Source of the DNA: a virus
Lineage: Duplodnaviria > Caudoviricetes
Direction: 5' to 3' (one strand)
Virus record (IMG/VR): IMGVR_UViG_3300031998_000025
Coordinates: 52,731 to 116,730 of that record
DNA: 64,000 nt
Shown: positions 8,762 to 18,900 of the stretch, one piece after another
Layout: every line of letters begins with the position of its first letter
Position numbering within the stretch: the first letter of the stretch is position 1
Notes under the pieces: model-generated
Databases searched by the model: none
Told to the model about the DNA's origin: nothing
Seen by the model: the letters and a program-made list of their open reading frames with translations, nothing else
Program-made: the position numbers and the translations under genes

Positions 8762-9329
8762 TCGCTCCCCCGGTAACTCCCCCGGCATCCCCGGCGTAGA
8801 CACCCTGCTGGTACCGGGGGTTGGTGATGGTGAAGCCGCAGCATGCGGGCATGGTGCTGTCGGGCACTCCCAGGTAAGCCTTGTCCTGCTGGTTCTTCTT
8901 CCCGTTCTTCTGGAGCTGCTCCCGGGTCTTCCGGTTGTAGTCGTTGAAGTTCTCCGGGGTAGGGGTCGGGCCGACCCTGCCGTGCAGGAGCTCCGCGTTG
9001 AGTTCACCCGGGGTGAACTGGGCGAACTCGGGAGGTTCCCAGTGTTCCTTCGCGGTCTCCTCCCCGGTATCCCTGGTGCACGTCCCGTTGATGATGGTGT
9101 TGACCTGTGCTGGGCACACGTCGGGCTGGTTGGTCCCTGCAGGCGCGTGCGCCACAGTGTGCATGAAGCCCTTGTAGTCGATTGCCGGGGTCTGCCTGGT
9201 GGCTGACGCCGAGAGCGCCTGCTCCATGAAGATACGGCGATATGCCCTGGCGGCCTCGAGGACTGCGGGGCTACCGGTCTTCCGGTACATGTCCCTCATG
9301 AAGGACAGTATGGCGCTATGCCTGGCCAT
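8754..9329 (-). CDS. Hypothetical late protein
   Basis: Translationally coupled in the late operon 9630>9329>8761. Confidence 0.7.
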   Translation of the reverse strand: MARHSAILSFMRDMYRKTGSPAVLEAARAYRRIFMEQALSASATRQTPAIDYKGFMHTVAHAPAGTNQPDVCPAQVNTIINGTCTRDTGEETAKEHWEPPEFAQFTPGELNAELLHGRVGPTPTPENFNDYNRKTREQLQKNGKKNQQDKAYLGVPDSTMPACCGFTITNPRYQQGVYAGDAGGVTGGANG

Positions 9330-9630
9330 TCTGCTGGTTCCCCTGTTCGTTCCCGGAGACTGCCAGTGCGTCCCTGAGGTCCTGCTTGGCCTTGTCGGCC
9401 TGTCCCTGGAGCTGGTCGGCCTGTTCCTGCGCCTGCTGCGCGGTCTTGAGTAGTGCCGGGATTGCGTCGGCGCTGTCGCTGTTGACGAGGCTGTCTGCGT
9501 CTACCGGGACGGTCTCGTCCTTCTGCTGTTCTTCCTGTTCGAAGATGGCCTCGTATGCGCCGAGGACGCTCTCGGTGAATGCACCGGGAGTACCTTCGCA
9601 TAGTGATTCAATGTCTTGCTTTGTAGGCAT
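9316..9630 (-). CDS. Hypothetical acidic late protein
   Basis: Preceded by late motif at 9656-9664. Confidence 0.7.
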   Translation of the reverse strand: MPTKQDIESLCEGTPGAFTESVLGAYEAIFEQEEQQKDETVPVDADSLVNSDSADAIPALLKTAQQAQEQADQLQGQADKAKQDLRDALAVSGNEQGNQQNGQA

Positions 9631-9655
9631 CGCGTACCTATCTGGTTCGATACCC

Positions 9656-9664
9656 GTAGTTTAT
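9656..9664 (-). promoter_or_regulatory. Late promoter ATAAACTAC
   Basis: Recurring motif about 25 nt upstream of structural genes. Confidence 0.7.
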
Positions 9665-10734
9665 TACCTGAGGAAAAACAGCACGGCGTTCACTATCATG
9701 GATACGAACGATACTATGGCACATATCTTGAACGCGAGACCTTCCGTCTTGCGTTCGGCTATGGTGAGCCCGAGCTGCCTCCGGAGCCCCCCGATTTCCT
9801 CCCGTACAGCCTCGCGTGTCACCGCGGAGGCCTCCTCGTAGTCCCGGATTACTCCCACCGCATGCTCGTCGAGGGCGGAGAACTTGCGGGTTAGTTCGTC
9901 ATATGACTTCTTCCTGGCGTCTGTCTCCTTGGCCAGGTTCTCCCCGAGCATCGCCAGGGTTTCCGACATGAGCTTCACCGTGCGGAGGGGAGCGGGCGAG
10001 TCGAGCGCACCGTCCTTGAGGGACTTCATGAACTCCCCGGAATCCGGGTCGTCCTCCAGGCAGCCGTCGTAGTCGTCCCCGTCGATGTCCCCGGTGACGC
10101 TGCCGGGGGAGGTGTTGCGGAGGAACTCGTTCATGTCGTGGCCATATCGGTCGAACACCTTCCACCCGCCGGATATTATGCCGTATATGCGGTCGAGCAT
10201 GTCCTCCTCCTTCTCGGACATGGGCTCGTCGGACATCTCGGTCTCCATGCGCTCTATCTCGGCGGTAAGGTCGTCCTCGGATATGTCGAGGGTCGCCTTT
10301 CGCTTCAACCGGGAGATGCTGTATATCCCAGTCGTCTCCGGTTCCTCCCGGTCCCACCCGCGGTAGCTGAATGGCTGTTCCGTGGAGGTATGCTCGATGA
10401 CCCACACGTCGTTGATGCGGTCGCAATCGAGAATGCCCCTGTAGGTGGACTCGTCGGCGAACACGGTTGCCTCTATGTCGTCCTGGGAGTCGACAATCTT
10501 CTCGACGACCTTCCTGAGCAGCCAGCTTCCGTTCACGGGTACGGATATGGGGCACATGGCGACTATTCCCGGGAGTGCACCGTGCTTGGCCATGAACTCG
10601 CTGAGAATGGCCACGGTACCGTAGAACTTGTCGGTAATCTTGTCCTTGTTCCATATGCCGGAAATCCCGAACACGTTCGTCCGGGCGAGCTTCCCGTCAT
10701 CGGAAATGCGGAGCATTACGTTAATCCTGCCCAT
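9664..10734 (-). CDS. Hypothetical protein with coiled coil and C-terminal TM helix
   Basis: Hydrophobic C-terminus ICAIVSFVSMIVNAVLFFLR. Confidence 0.7.
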   Translation of the reverse strand: MGRINVMLRISDDGKLARTNVFGISGIWNKDKITDKFYGTVAILSEFMAKHGALPGIVAMCPISVPVNGSWLLRKVVEKIVDSQDDIEATVFADESTYRGILDCDRINDVWVIEHTSTEQPFSYRGWDREEPETTGIYSISRLKRKATLDISEDDLTAEIERMETEMSDEPMSEKEEDMLDRIYGIISGGWKVFDRYGHDMNEFLRNTSPGSVTGDIDGDDYDGCLEDDPDSGEFMKSLKDGALDSPAPLRTVKLMSETLAMLGENLAKETDARKKSYDELTRKFSALDEHAVGVIRDYEEASAVTREAVREEIGGLRRQLGLTIAERKTEGLAFKICAIVSFVSMIVNAVLFFLR

Positions 10735-11146
10735 CTTCCACCTTGAAGGTAACGTACTGCATCGTGTAGTCGGTCACCTCGTTCTTGTCGTTCACATCCC
10801 CGGTGCCTACCGGGATGAACTTCATTTTATGCTCGTCGTATGTCTTCTTGAGGAGCTTGCCGAACTTGTTGTTGATGATGTCGAAATTTACCATGAGGTG
10901 GTTATCGACGATTTCGGCACCGGTGGAGTTCGCCATCGCGTGTTCCGGCCACGAGTAGCACACGGGAATCCCCTTCGCCTTGCGCTCTATAGGGGAGACC
11001 TCCTCTATTGTAATGGGCTTCTCCAGTATCTGCTGGAGGAGCTTCTCGACAAGTTCCGGGGGATATATGCGTCCTTCCTTGGTAGGAGTGGATGCCTCGA
11101 TGAGGTCCACCGTGAAAGTGGCCAGGGGCTTCTTACTTCTCGGCAT
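10721..11146 (-). CDS. Degenerate gp21-like prohead protease paralogue
   Basis: Aligns by eye with 58843..59556 (GRIYP, PVC, G.GD, VTDYT); catalytic His/Ser motifs altered. Confidence 0.6.
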   Translation of the reverse strand: MPRSKKPLATFTVDLIEASTPTKEGRIYPPELVEKLLQQILEKPITIEEVSPIERKAKGIPVCYSWPEHAMANSTGAEIVDNHLMVNFDIINNKFGKLLKKTYDEHKMKFIPVGTGDVNDKNEVTDYTMQYVTFKVEDGQD

Positions 11147-11441
11147 CCGAGGCCTCCTTGCGCCAGGTAACCAGCAGGTCGTTCATGCCTACCTGTTCCA
11201 TGGTGCGCTCGAGAGCGAGCCTGCGGCGGTTCCAGTAGTCCGTAGATGCCGGACGAAGAAGGAGGCGGACCTCCGGCCCTGTCTCCTTGGCGTTGAGCAC
11301 GGCGGCCGCCTTCCTGTACATGTCGTGGCAGAGCTTCCACTCGCGGTGGAGCTTCTCCGTATCGCCCAGCAGCACGTTGTAGAGTTCCCTCTGCTCGTCG
11401 GTGAACGACGCCTTAATCTTCTCTATCTTCTCTATATCCAT
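11133..11441 (-). CDS. Hypothetical protein
   Basis: Coupled ORF in the operon. Confidence 0.65.
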   Translation of the reverse strand: MDIEKIEKIKASFTDEQRELYNVLLGDTEKLHREWKLCHDMYRKAAAVLNAKETGPEVRLLLRPASTDYWNRRRLALERTMEQVGMNDLLVTWRKEASDAEK

Positions 11442-12259
11442 TAGAATACCGAATTCTGGTCAACGATGCCGCGCTGCTTCGTCGAGAGCTGCTCCAGTAT
11501 CTCCACTTCCCTGCTCATGTCCTTGACCGGGATTATCTGTCCCGCCTCGCGTTCCGAGGAGAACCAGCAGATGTAGCAGTTGCCGATGGGTATGCCCGTC
11601 ATCTTGGTGAAAATCTTCTTGTAGAATGAAACCTGCAGCGAGAACTTGTCCACGTCCGATGTAGATACGTGTCCCAGGGGGTCGTTCAGCATGAACTGGG
11701 AGGACATCTTGAGTTCCTTGTTCGTCTTCCAGTCCCAAATCTGGAACTCGTTCGCCGTCTTGTTCCAGAAGAGCTGGTCGATGATGCCGCATATCATCGT
11801 CGAGGGGTCGCCGACCACTAGCTCTGATGCCACCGGTATCATCTTGCCGCGGAACTTATCGCGCATCGCGTCGAACTGGGTGCATACCTTGGTGTACCTC
11901 TGGAACACCGGGTCCTCTCCCTGGAACGCCTTCTTGATTTCGTCGGCAGGGTAGCGGGCGAACTTGTTGGCGAGAGAAGCCTCGATGTAGGAATGCAGGG
12001 CGCATCCCAGTTCCGTCGAAATCTTTCCAGAGAGGTCCCACTCGGCTATGAGCTGTTCAGGCGTGGTAGGGGTACCTTCCGCAGTCAGCTTGGCTGCCTT
12101 CTTGGTCGCAGCAGACACCTTGTCGAAAGGAGGCGTGCATGCCTGGCACACCTTGGTAACACCCACCATCGGTATCTTGTCGTAGGTGAATGACTTGTAC
12201 TTGGGGTCCGCCTGTATCAGGGAGAACACTTCCAGTCTCTCGAAGAACTCGTGCATCAT
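11441..12259 (-). CDS. PD-(D/E)XK exonuclease (RecB/Cas4-like fold)
   Basis: GCALH, SE, GIIDQL, IWDWKT, LQVSFY motifs. Confidence 0.85.
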   Translation of the reverse strand: MMHEFFERLEVFSLIQADPKYKSFTYDKIPMVGVTKVCQACTPPFDKVSAATKKAAKLTAEGTPTTPEQLIAEWDLSGKISTELGCALHSYIEASLANKFARYPADEIKKAFQGEDPVFQRYTKVCTQFDAMRDKFRGKMIPVASELVVGDPSTMICGIIDQLFWNKTANEFQIWDWKTNKELKMSSQFMLNDPLGHVSTSDVDKFSLQVSFYKKIFTKMTGIPIGNCYICWFSSEREAGQIIPVKDMSREVEILEQLSTKQRGIVDQNSVF

Positions 12260-12313
12260 ATTTCCTCGCTAATTAAACTATTGCAAGAGGCTACCTCCCG
12301 GTAGCCCCATTGG

Positions 12314-12799
12314 TTATTTTACCTTCCAGTCAACCAGGTGAATGAACCGGGTATCCCGGCGGTATCCCGGGGGCACCTCGGGAGCAGCCCCCAGCGACTC
12401 CTCTAGTGTCTCGTCCCACAGGGACTCGAGCGAGTCCTTGATGGAGTCCTCCAGTGTGCAGCTGATTGCCGAGTCGATTACCATGTCGGGACCGGTGGTC
12501 TTGTCGAATGCGTCGTCGTAGTTGGTCATCAGGAACTTCTTCCACTTCTTGACGACCTCCCTCGGGGCATCGTATTCCGGGATGAGTGCCCCGTCCTTTC
12601 CGCCCTTGATATCCGGGTTGTCCCTCAGCTTCATACCCTCGACGTAGGCCGGGAGGTACTGCTGAAGGTCGTCCGGTATCTCGAGTTCCAGTTCGACTGA
12701 ATACTTGCTCACCGGGAGCATCTTCGGGAGGTCCCGCTCGATTTCCTTGAGCACGTACTGTACGGTGAACTCGGTGACTTCTACGTTTACTGTAGCCAT
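12314..12799 (-). CDS. Hypothetical protein
   Basis: Coupled ORF with phage-like codon usage. Confidence 0.65.
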   Translation of the reverse strand: MATVNVEVTEFTVQYVLKEIERDLPKMLPVSKYSVELELEIPDDLQQYLPAYVEGMKLRDNPDIKGGKDGALIPEYDAPREVVKKWKKFLMTNYDDAFDKTTGPDMVIDSAISCTLEDSIKDSLESLWDETLEESLGAAPEVPPGYRRDTRFIHLVDWKVK

Positions 12800-13641
12800 T
12801 ATGCGTCCTTCATGAGCTTGCGGAGCATCTTTGCCGAAATCGGGGAAGTGGCAAGCACTGTGTTGAACGAGTCGATGAACATCTCGACACGTTCACGTGA
12901 CATCGGGTGGGTGGCGAACTCGGATTCCTTGCCGCCATACATCTTGTTGTGCTTCCCGTCCATCCACATGAACGATATGTCGGCGAACACTGCACCCACT
13001 GCACCTGCGAAACCGTTTGCCAGTGACTGGGCGACGGACGAGGCGAACATGTCGGCGGAGCGCTCGTTGTTCCTGGATACGGAACTCTGCTCGCGCTGCG
13101 CGGTCTCCCCGCAGTGGCCGAGACACATGTGGCCCAGTTCATGACCGAAGATGCCTATAAGCATGGCTATGGCATAGATGCGGCAGACCTCCTCCCGGCG
13201 GCCGTCGCACTGGAGTCCGAACTGGTCGGCGAAACGGGCTACGAAGTCGGTGGCCGCGCAGCTGCGGGTGAGCCTGTTGGCCGCCCAGATGAGCATCTTC
13301 TTGGCCTCGCCAATCTTCCTGGTGCGGTCCATGTACTCGCAGATGGCGGACATCACGGTGACCCACCGGAGCATACCGGCGGTAATAATCATGATGTGGT
13401 CATACTTGTTCCAGTTGACCTCGGAGTATACCTGCTGGAGATACGACCTGGCCTGGTCGTTGATTCTGGCGGCGTATGCGTTAACCAGGTCAGTATCCTC
13501 CGCTATATAGAGGTACACCCGGTCTGCACAGTCCCTGTACCGCTCGTTGGACGAGACGTAGTTGCATCCCCTACACTGGTCGAATGCCGTCCGGCAGTCG
13601 GCCTCGGTTACATGATAGGTCGTTCCTGGTTTGTTAGACAT
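12799..13641 (-). CDS. Zinc metallopeptidase (M48/Lit-like)
   Basis: GHELGH, ERSAD, THP..RER motifs. Confidence 0.8.
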   Translation of the reverse strand: MSNKPGTTYHVTEADCRTAFDQCRGCNYVSSNERYRDCADRVYLYIAEDTDLVNAYAARINDQARSYLQQVYSEVNWNKYDHIMIITAGMLRWVTVMSAICEYMDRTRKIGEAKKMLIWAANRLTRSCAATDFVARFADQFGLQCDGRREEVCRIYAIAMLIGIFGHELGHMCLGHCGETAQREQSSVSRNNERSADMFASSVAQSLANGFAGAVGAVFADISFMWMDGKHNKMYGGKESEFATHPMSRERVEMFIDSFNTVLATSPISAKMLRKLMKDA

Positions 13642-13874
13642 CTTGCGATTCCTCTCTCTTCTAGTACTGCGAGGACCTTCCCCGGTATTTCCTGGGGTCT
13701 AGGCGCTGACTTGATTGCAGCCTTGATTTCCGGCACCGTCCTGACACGGTTCCACACGGCCCACTCCTTGTCGGTCATGTCGCCACGGTCGACGTTGGTG
13801 ATGCCGTAGTTGCCCGCGTTGAACATCGGTACGACCACGTAGTCTGCTGAAAAGTCCTCAAGTCTGGCATTCAT
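13608..13874 (-). CDS. Hypothetical protein
   Basis: RBS GAGGAGG; early promoter at 13892-13904. Confidence 0.65.
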   Translation of the reverse strand: MNARLEDFSADYVVVPMFNAGNYGITNVDRGDMTDKEWAVWNRVRTVPEIKAAIKSAPRPQEIPGKVLAVLEERGIARCLTNQERPIM

Positions 13875-13891
13875 GATTGAATTCCTCCTCT

Positions 13892-13942
13892 CAAATATAG
13901 CAAAGTTTTATACTGAAACTACTTCAATATAATGATAAACTG
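13892..13942. promoter_or_regulatory. Divergent promoters: early (-) at 13892-13904 and late (+) ATAAACTG at 13935-13942
   Basis: Both recurring motifs present. Confidence 0.65.
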
Positions 13943-13963
13943 CTAGAAAACCCGAAGGTTTCC

Positions 13964-14440
13964 ATGGATTCCGAACTGAAAATCGCCCTTATGGAGGGTT
14001 ACGAGGCCGCCCTGGCCGAATCCGGTTTCATCCGGAAGGCGCTCACCATAGGCGCACTGGTTGCAGGAACCATATTCTCCGGGTGCAGCACCGGGGGCAA
14101 GCAGCAGCTTTCCCTGGGTATGCCGGAGAACGCCCCGGTGAACCGCGACAGCGTAACCGAGCTCGCCCTGAAGATTGCCGACGGAATCCATACGGAAATA
14201 CAGGATTCCTCCCGGGTGGAGGACACCGAGTCCTGGAAGGCCGCCAAGAAGATTTACGACGACCTGAACAGGGGAAACACGAAGGCTCTTGCCAACACGT
14301 TCTCACGCATCATCAACCGGGAGAACCTGGACCTTTCTGCGCCGCCTTGCTGTGACGAGACGGCATACAACAACGCAGAGAACAACACCTTGACTAGCGG
14401 CGGGACGTACAACGCCGAGGACAATACCTGGGAGTACTGA
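13964..14440 (+). CDS. Hypothetical late protein with propeptide-like N-terminus and hydrophobic/lipobox-like segment
   Basis: LMEGYEAALAE followed by ALTIGALVAGTIFSGC. Confidence 0.7.
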   Translation: MDSELKIALMEGYEAALAESGFIRKALTIGALVAGTIFSGCSTGGKQQLSLGMPENAPVNRDSVTELALKIADGIHTEIQDSSRVEDTESWKAAKKIYDDLNRGNTKALANTFSRIINRENLDLSAPPCCDETAYNNAENNTLTSGGTYNAEDNTWEY

Positions 14441-14442
14441 TA

Positions 14443-15108
14443 ATGAACAGCATATTCTCCGACATGGAAGGCATGGATACCGCACTCATCATGTGCGAGG
14501 CTATCGGCTCGCAGGAAGAAATCACCGCCGATGCGCCGAAACTCGACCCGGAACGCTTCAAGGCGTTCGCCAAGTCCCCCGCGGACATTGACGAGTCCAC
14601 ACTGAGGGACATCGCGGCGGTCATCGACGGTAAGAACGACATCGTACCTCCTAGTGACAACCACGTCCCGGTGGCCACGCCGAGCACACTGGACAGGCTA
14701 CTGAACTCCGTCACGGTGGTCTACATCACCGACGACGACTTCCCGGTGGCGGCCGCTAACCTCATCGACCCTACCAAGGAGGACTACCGCGGGGTCTGCC
14801 CCATCAAGTACTACAGCCTCCTCAGCGGCTACAACCTGGACGGCCGCGTACAACAGGAGTTCTTCGCGGTTGCCGACGAGTACCGGAACTGCGGAGTAGG
14901 ACAGGAGCTCCGTGCCCAGATTAACGCCCTGGACACCCCCACGTTCATCGTGGTTGACTCCACCGACAAGGAGTGCATCGAGGGGCTCGCCAGGAGCGGA
15001 TACCAGTTCATTGGCCAACTGGACGACGAGACGTCCGATATCCCGGTGCAGCTCTGGGTTGACGACGCACCGGTGGCTAACCAGGACGAAACCATCGATT
15101 TGATGTAG
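14443..15108 (+). CDS. GNAT-fold acetyltransferase-like protein
   Basis: FFAVADEYRNCGVGQEL acetyl-CoA motif A. Confidence 0.6.
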   Translation: MNSIFSDMEGMDTALIMCEAIGSQEEITADAPKLDPERFKAFAKSPADIDESTLRDIAAVIDGKNDIVPPSDNHVPVATPSTLDRLLNSVTVVYITDDDFPVAAANLIDPTKEDYRGVCPIKYYSLLSGYNLDGRVQQEFFAVADEYRNCGVGQELRAQINALDTPTFIVVDSTDKECIEGLARSGYQFIGQLDDETSDIPVQLWVDDAPVANQDETIDLM

Positions 15109-15117
15109 TTTCGTAGC

Positions 15118-15348
15118 ATGATAACGAGAGTTCCCCAGAACCAGTACCTGAACATGTTCGAGCTCGCCTGGCTAGTCCTGGCCGCCGAGTTCATATACTC
15201 CATGGACTACCTGAAGCTGTACAGCATAGAAAACGACGAGTGGAACCTGAGGAGGCTGTTCTGGTACACTGCCGGGATAGTACTTGCGATGCCCTTGATT
15301 GTTGCAGTTGGCTTCGGGCTGGCCGCATCGGTGAAGTACCTGCTATGA
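15118..15348 (+). CDS. Small 2-TM membrane protein
   Basis: Two hydrophobic segments. Confidence 0.65.
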   Translation: MITRVPQNQYLNMFELAWLVLAAEFIYSMDYLKLYSIENDEWNLRRLFWYTAGIVLAMPLIVAVGFGLAASVKYLL

Positions 15349-15644
15349 CCGTAGACGAACTGCTGGAAATAAACCCGAACATCGGGCACGTTGCAAACTT
15401 CATGAAGGAGCACCCGGAAGTCCCGGTGCGCTTCTGGGATGACGGCACGGTCGACATCACCCTGCCCGCCAGGTCTAGCCTGCACAAGTTCATTGTCGGG
15501 TTCAAGTGTCCATCATGCGGGAAGGGAACCGACGGGCCCGCACTGCCTGCGCACGATGACATACGCGGGAGCTTCCGGGAGTGCCACGGGTGCGGACTCC
15601 GGTTCTTCATGCACAATACGGTGAAGTTCGGCGGGACTACCTAG
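15345..15644 (+). CDS. Zn-ribbon protein
   Basis: CPSC..CHGC; ATGA overlap with the upstream gene. Confidence 0.65.
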   Translation: MTVDELLEINPNIGHVANFMKEHPEVPVRFWDDGTVDITLPARSSLHKFIVGFKCPSCGKGTDGPALPAHDDIRGSFRECHGCGLRFFMHNTVKFGGTT

Positions 15645-15647
15645 TTG

Positions 15648-15797
15648 TTATGCCGGCTTCGCGTAGTCGATGGGGACGGACCACTTGGCCGCCTCCGTCC
15701 TGGAGCTGATTATCTCGGTGACTATGTCTCGGCCCTGCTCGACCACCGCCTGGGCGAGTTGCGAAATCCTCTTCTGCTTGTGTACGCTGTCCGCCAT
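15648..15797 (-). CDS. Small hypothetical late protein (49 aa)
   Basis: MADSVHKQKRISQLAQ...; late motif at 15822-15830. Confidence 0.55.
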   Translation of the reverse strand: MADSVHKQKRISQLAQAVVEQGRDIVTEIISSRTEAAKWSVPIDYAKPA

Positions 15798-15918
15798 CTC
15801 ATCAATCCATAAGCCGTTTTCGTAGTTTATGGATTTTCAAAATTCGGCTAGTTGTGGCCGGAGCCGTTGGATATCGAAAGCGCATCGTCCCTGGTGGTAT
15901 CGCCGACTGTACGGACCA

Positions 15919-18900
15919 CTATGTCGCCGGTAAATCATCCTGCGTATGGTCAACTTCCGGTACCTCCGTATCCGGCAAGTGGTACTCGGGCGCTCCCTTG
16001 GCCGGGTAGTCGTACTGACCCCACAGGACGGCGTCGGACATTATGCCCCCGCTCTCACCGTAGGTTTTCGTGCTGCCCGACTGACTGTAGCTGGGAACAT
16101 ATGTCCCGGTGAGCACCCCGGTGGCAGGCCGTAGGTTCTCCCGGACGCTCCAGAAGTTGGCACACTGCCGGTCCGCCGGGCTCAACCAGGTGTTACCCGA
16201 CTTGTTGTACGGGGCGGAAAGGCCGAGCCCGCCGTAGTCGACGGCATTTGCCGGCTGCATCAGACGGGTCATGCCGTTGCTTTCCGTCATCACCTCTTCA
16301 ACGAGGACGGGGTTGATGTCCATCGGCATGTACTCGCCGTACGTGTGCCTGGTGGCCTCCTTCCACCCGAACACGGGGCATGCCGGTTCGGTCCATATGC
16401 GCTTGCCGTCTATCTCCTCCTCGAGCGACTGAGCACCGTATAGGGGGGACAGGTACGACACCGGGGCCTGCCGGTAGTCCGTGCAGTACCACCTACCGGC
16501 ATCGGCCGAGAAGGTGAACTTCATGAACATCCTGATGTAGGCCACCGAGCCCTTGTCGGACTCCGTGCTGAACGGTTCCACCGCGTCACCCCTGGTCGGG
16601 TCGAAGGAACCTCCCAGTGCATACGGGGTTGCTCCCGAGTTGCGGGCCACCTCGGTCATCTTGACGGTATTGAGGTTGACGTCCTCGTACCCGTCGCTGC
16701 CTATGAATGCGTCCGCCACGTAGCGTCCCCTGAATGAGTCGCCGCAGCTGTTCCCGTACCACTTCATCCTCGCGAGGTACACGGGGTCCGTAGTTACCTG
16801 GTCAGTCCTCTTCACCCTGACCCTGAAGCTGTCCCAGTTGCGCACCGGGAGGTCTGCACCGTAGCTCGGGACGTAGTTGGCGAGGAAGGCTGAAATCTCG
16901 GAAAGACCGGGCTCGGTGTCACCCATCTCGGTGGCGATGAGCCCCCAGTTGCTCCCGGTGTCCCCCTTCAGTATCGAATAGTAGTTGTAAGCGTCCACGC
17001 CGTACCAGGTGGCTGCATCGTCGTCGCTGTCGCAGGAGGTAGCCCCCGCGGCAGGCACCGGGATGTTGTCGGGAGAGACCAGGGAGCCGAAGGCGTTGAA
17101 CGGCTGCATCCAGGAAGGAGAGGTACCTTCCATGTATGCGGAAAGCACTTCCTGCCCGAGGTCTACCGCGGCAATCTCCACGGCCCTGAGCAGGTCGTCC
17201 CTCGAGTCTGCGTCATCGAGCCATGACGGGTGCCTGGCGAGGCAGGCCATGGCGAAGCTGTTGCCGACATATGCCTTGCCGTACGTATCGTTGACGAAGT
17301 CGCACGGGGCCTCCTGCACGGCGTCCGTACTGGCGTACTCCCCGTATCCGTACGGGTTGCCGGCATGGAACTCTGATACTGTCCTCGTGGTTCCGTCGTC
17401 CCACACGTAGGGATGCATGTCGAGCAGCGGGGATACCGGGGTAAGGTCGTCCTTGGCAGCAGTGCCGGAGACTACCGGCGCGAGGTTCCTGAGGCGGATT
17501 GACCTTGCGGCCTCGTCCTCGTCGCTCCCGGAAATAGCGTAGGTGGACCCGGAGAACATCCCGGCCCAGTCACGTGTAACCGGGGAAGGCTCGGCGGTGA
17601 AGCTGTCGTCCTGTCCGAGCTGCAGCTCTCCGGTACGGGCCCTGGCGTTCCTGTAGTCCTCCGCGAGCATTCCAACCGCCCTGAGCGCCTGGCGCACCGG
17701 GTTGGATTCCGCGTTCACGGTACCGTCATCCCCGGCAACCGCAGGTGCCACCTGCAGCACGCTGGCGATGTACGAGTAACCTTCCGAGGAATCGGGCGCG
17801 GTCACCCTGGACATGTCAATCGGGTATTCCTCCGGGGTAAGCGCAAAGTCCGGACCAGCCGCGTCGACAAAGGCCTGGTGGCCGGCAAGTATCTGCCGGT
17901 TCATCCACGCGATTCGAGACATTATGCTGGATGCGCCGTCCTCGGCGGCCATAGTCATGAGGCTGTCCAGGTGGTTCAGTGTCTTGCGTCCGGAAAGCTC
18001 CCAGGCGAAAGTGTTGGTCACGGTCGGGTATACCGTCGCGACGACCTGCCGCTTGTCGGACTGCGTGATTACCTGTTCCCTTCCTTCGTCGTCCACGCCG
18101 TACATACGGTTGTACACCTGGATTCCTTCTCCGTTACCGTAGTCGGGACCAAGTCCGCCCTCCCCGGAACGGCGGGCGTTGTTGAGCCCGATTGGAGTGC
18201 TTCCATCCGGAAGGGTCTCGTTGTTCTCTTCAACGTAGGCGGCGCCACATATGGTATAGGATATACCACGGCGGAAGGTGACCTCCTGGCCGCAGTCGAG
18301 CGTTACCGTAGAGTCGGAAAGTTCGCCGGTAAAGGTTGTCTCCTCGGACGGGTAGCCCGAGCTTACAATTGTAGCACGTATCCTGGTGCCGTCAGGAATC
18401 CCCTCGAATGCATCCTTGATGTCGAAGGATGTCACCGTGGCGGTCTCCTCTACGGAACTGTCCGTTACCGGGTTGTCCACCTCCACCTTGCTGTCACTGA
18501 ACTTCCATGCGCCGCTGATTACGTATACTCTCGGCTGGGAGACGAAGGAGTAGTATCCGCTCTGGTTCTTCCTGCATGCGGTCTCGTATGCAGCGTATGC
18601 CGTCTCATATGCCGATATCTCTTCGGCAGTGGCACCATCAGCCGGCCTGGTAGGCTCGGCAGGTACCGGGAAAGCATCCGGGAGGTTGACATTGGGAAGC
18701 GAAACTGTCACCTCGAACTCGTCCCCGTCGTCGGTGTCAATCGGCGCAGCCAGGTTGATGAATGTCTTCTTGAGCACGGTGGTGCCGTCGACATGCCCAT
18801 TCTTGTTGTCGGTAGGAGTGAAGTCGTTATATAGGCACACGTGCACCCGGTTCATGAGCGTACCGGTCTTCGCATAGCCTGTACCGCAGCAGTCCGGGCA

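Noticed and set aside
8762-9007. ORF-track N-terminal extensions (also 20716-20772, 52865-52990, 50024-50239, 59767-59835)
   Set aside because: They overlap neighbouring genes or promoters; downstream ATGs fit RBS, promoter and coupling better
11441-12259. Cas4 / CRISPR adaptation gene
   Set aside because: Lacks the C-terminal Fe-S cysteine cluster and any cas context; generic phage PD-(D/E)XK nuclease
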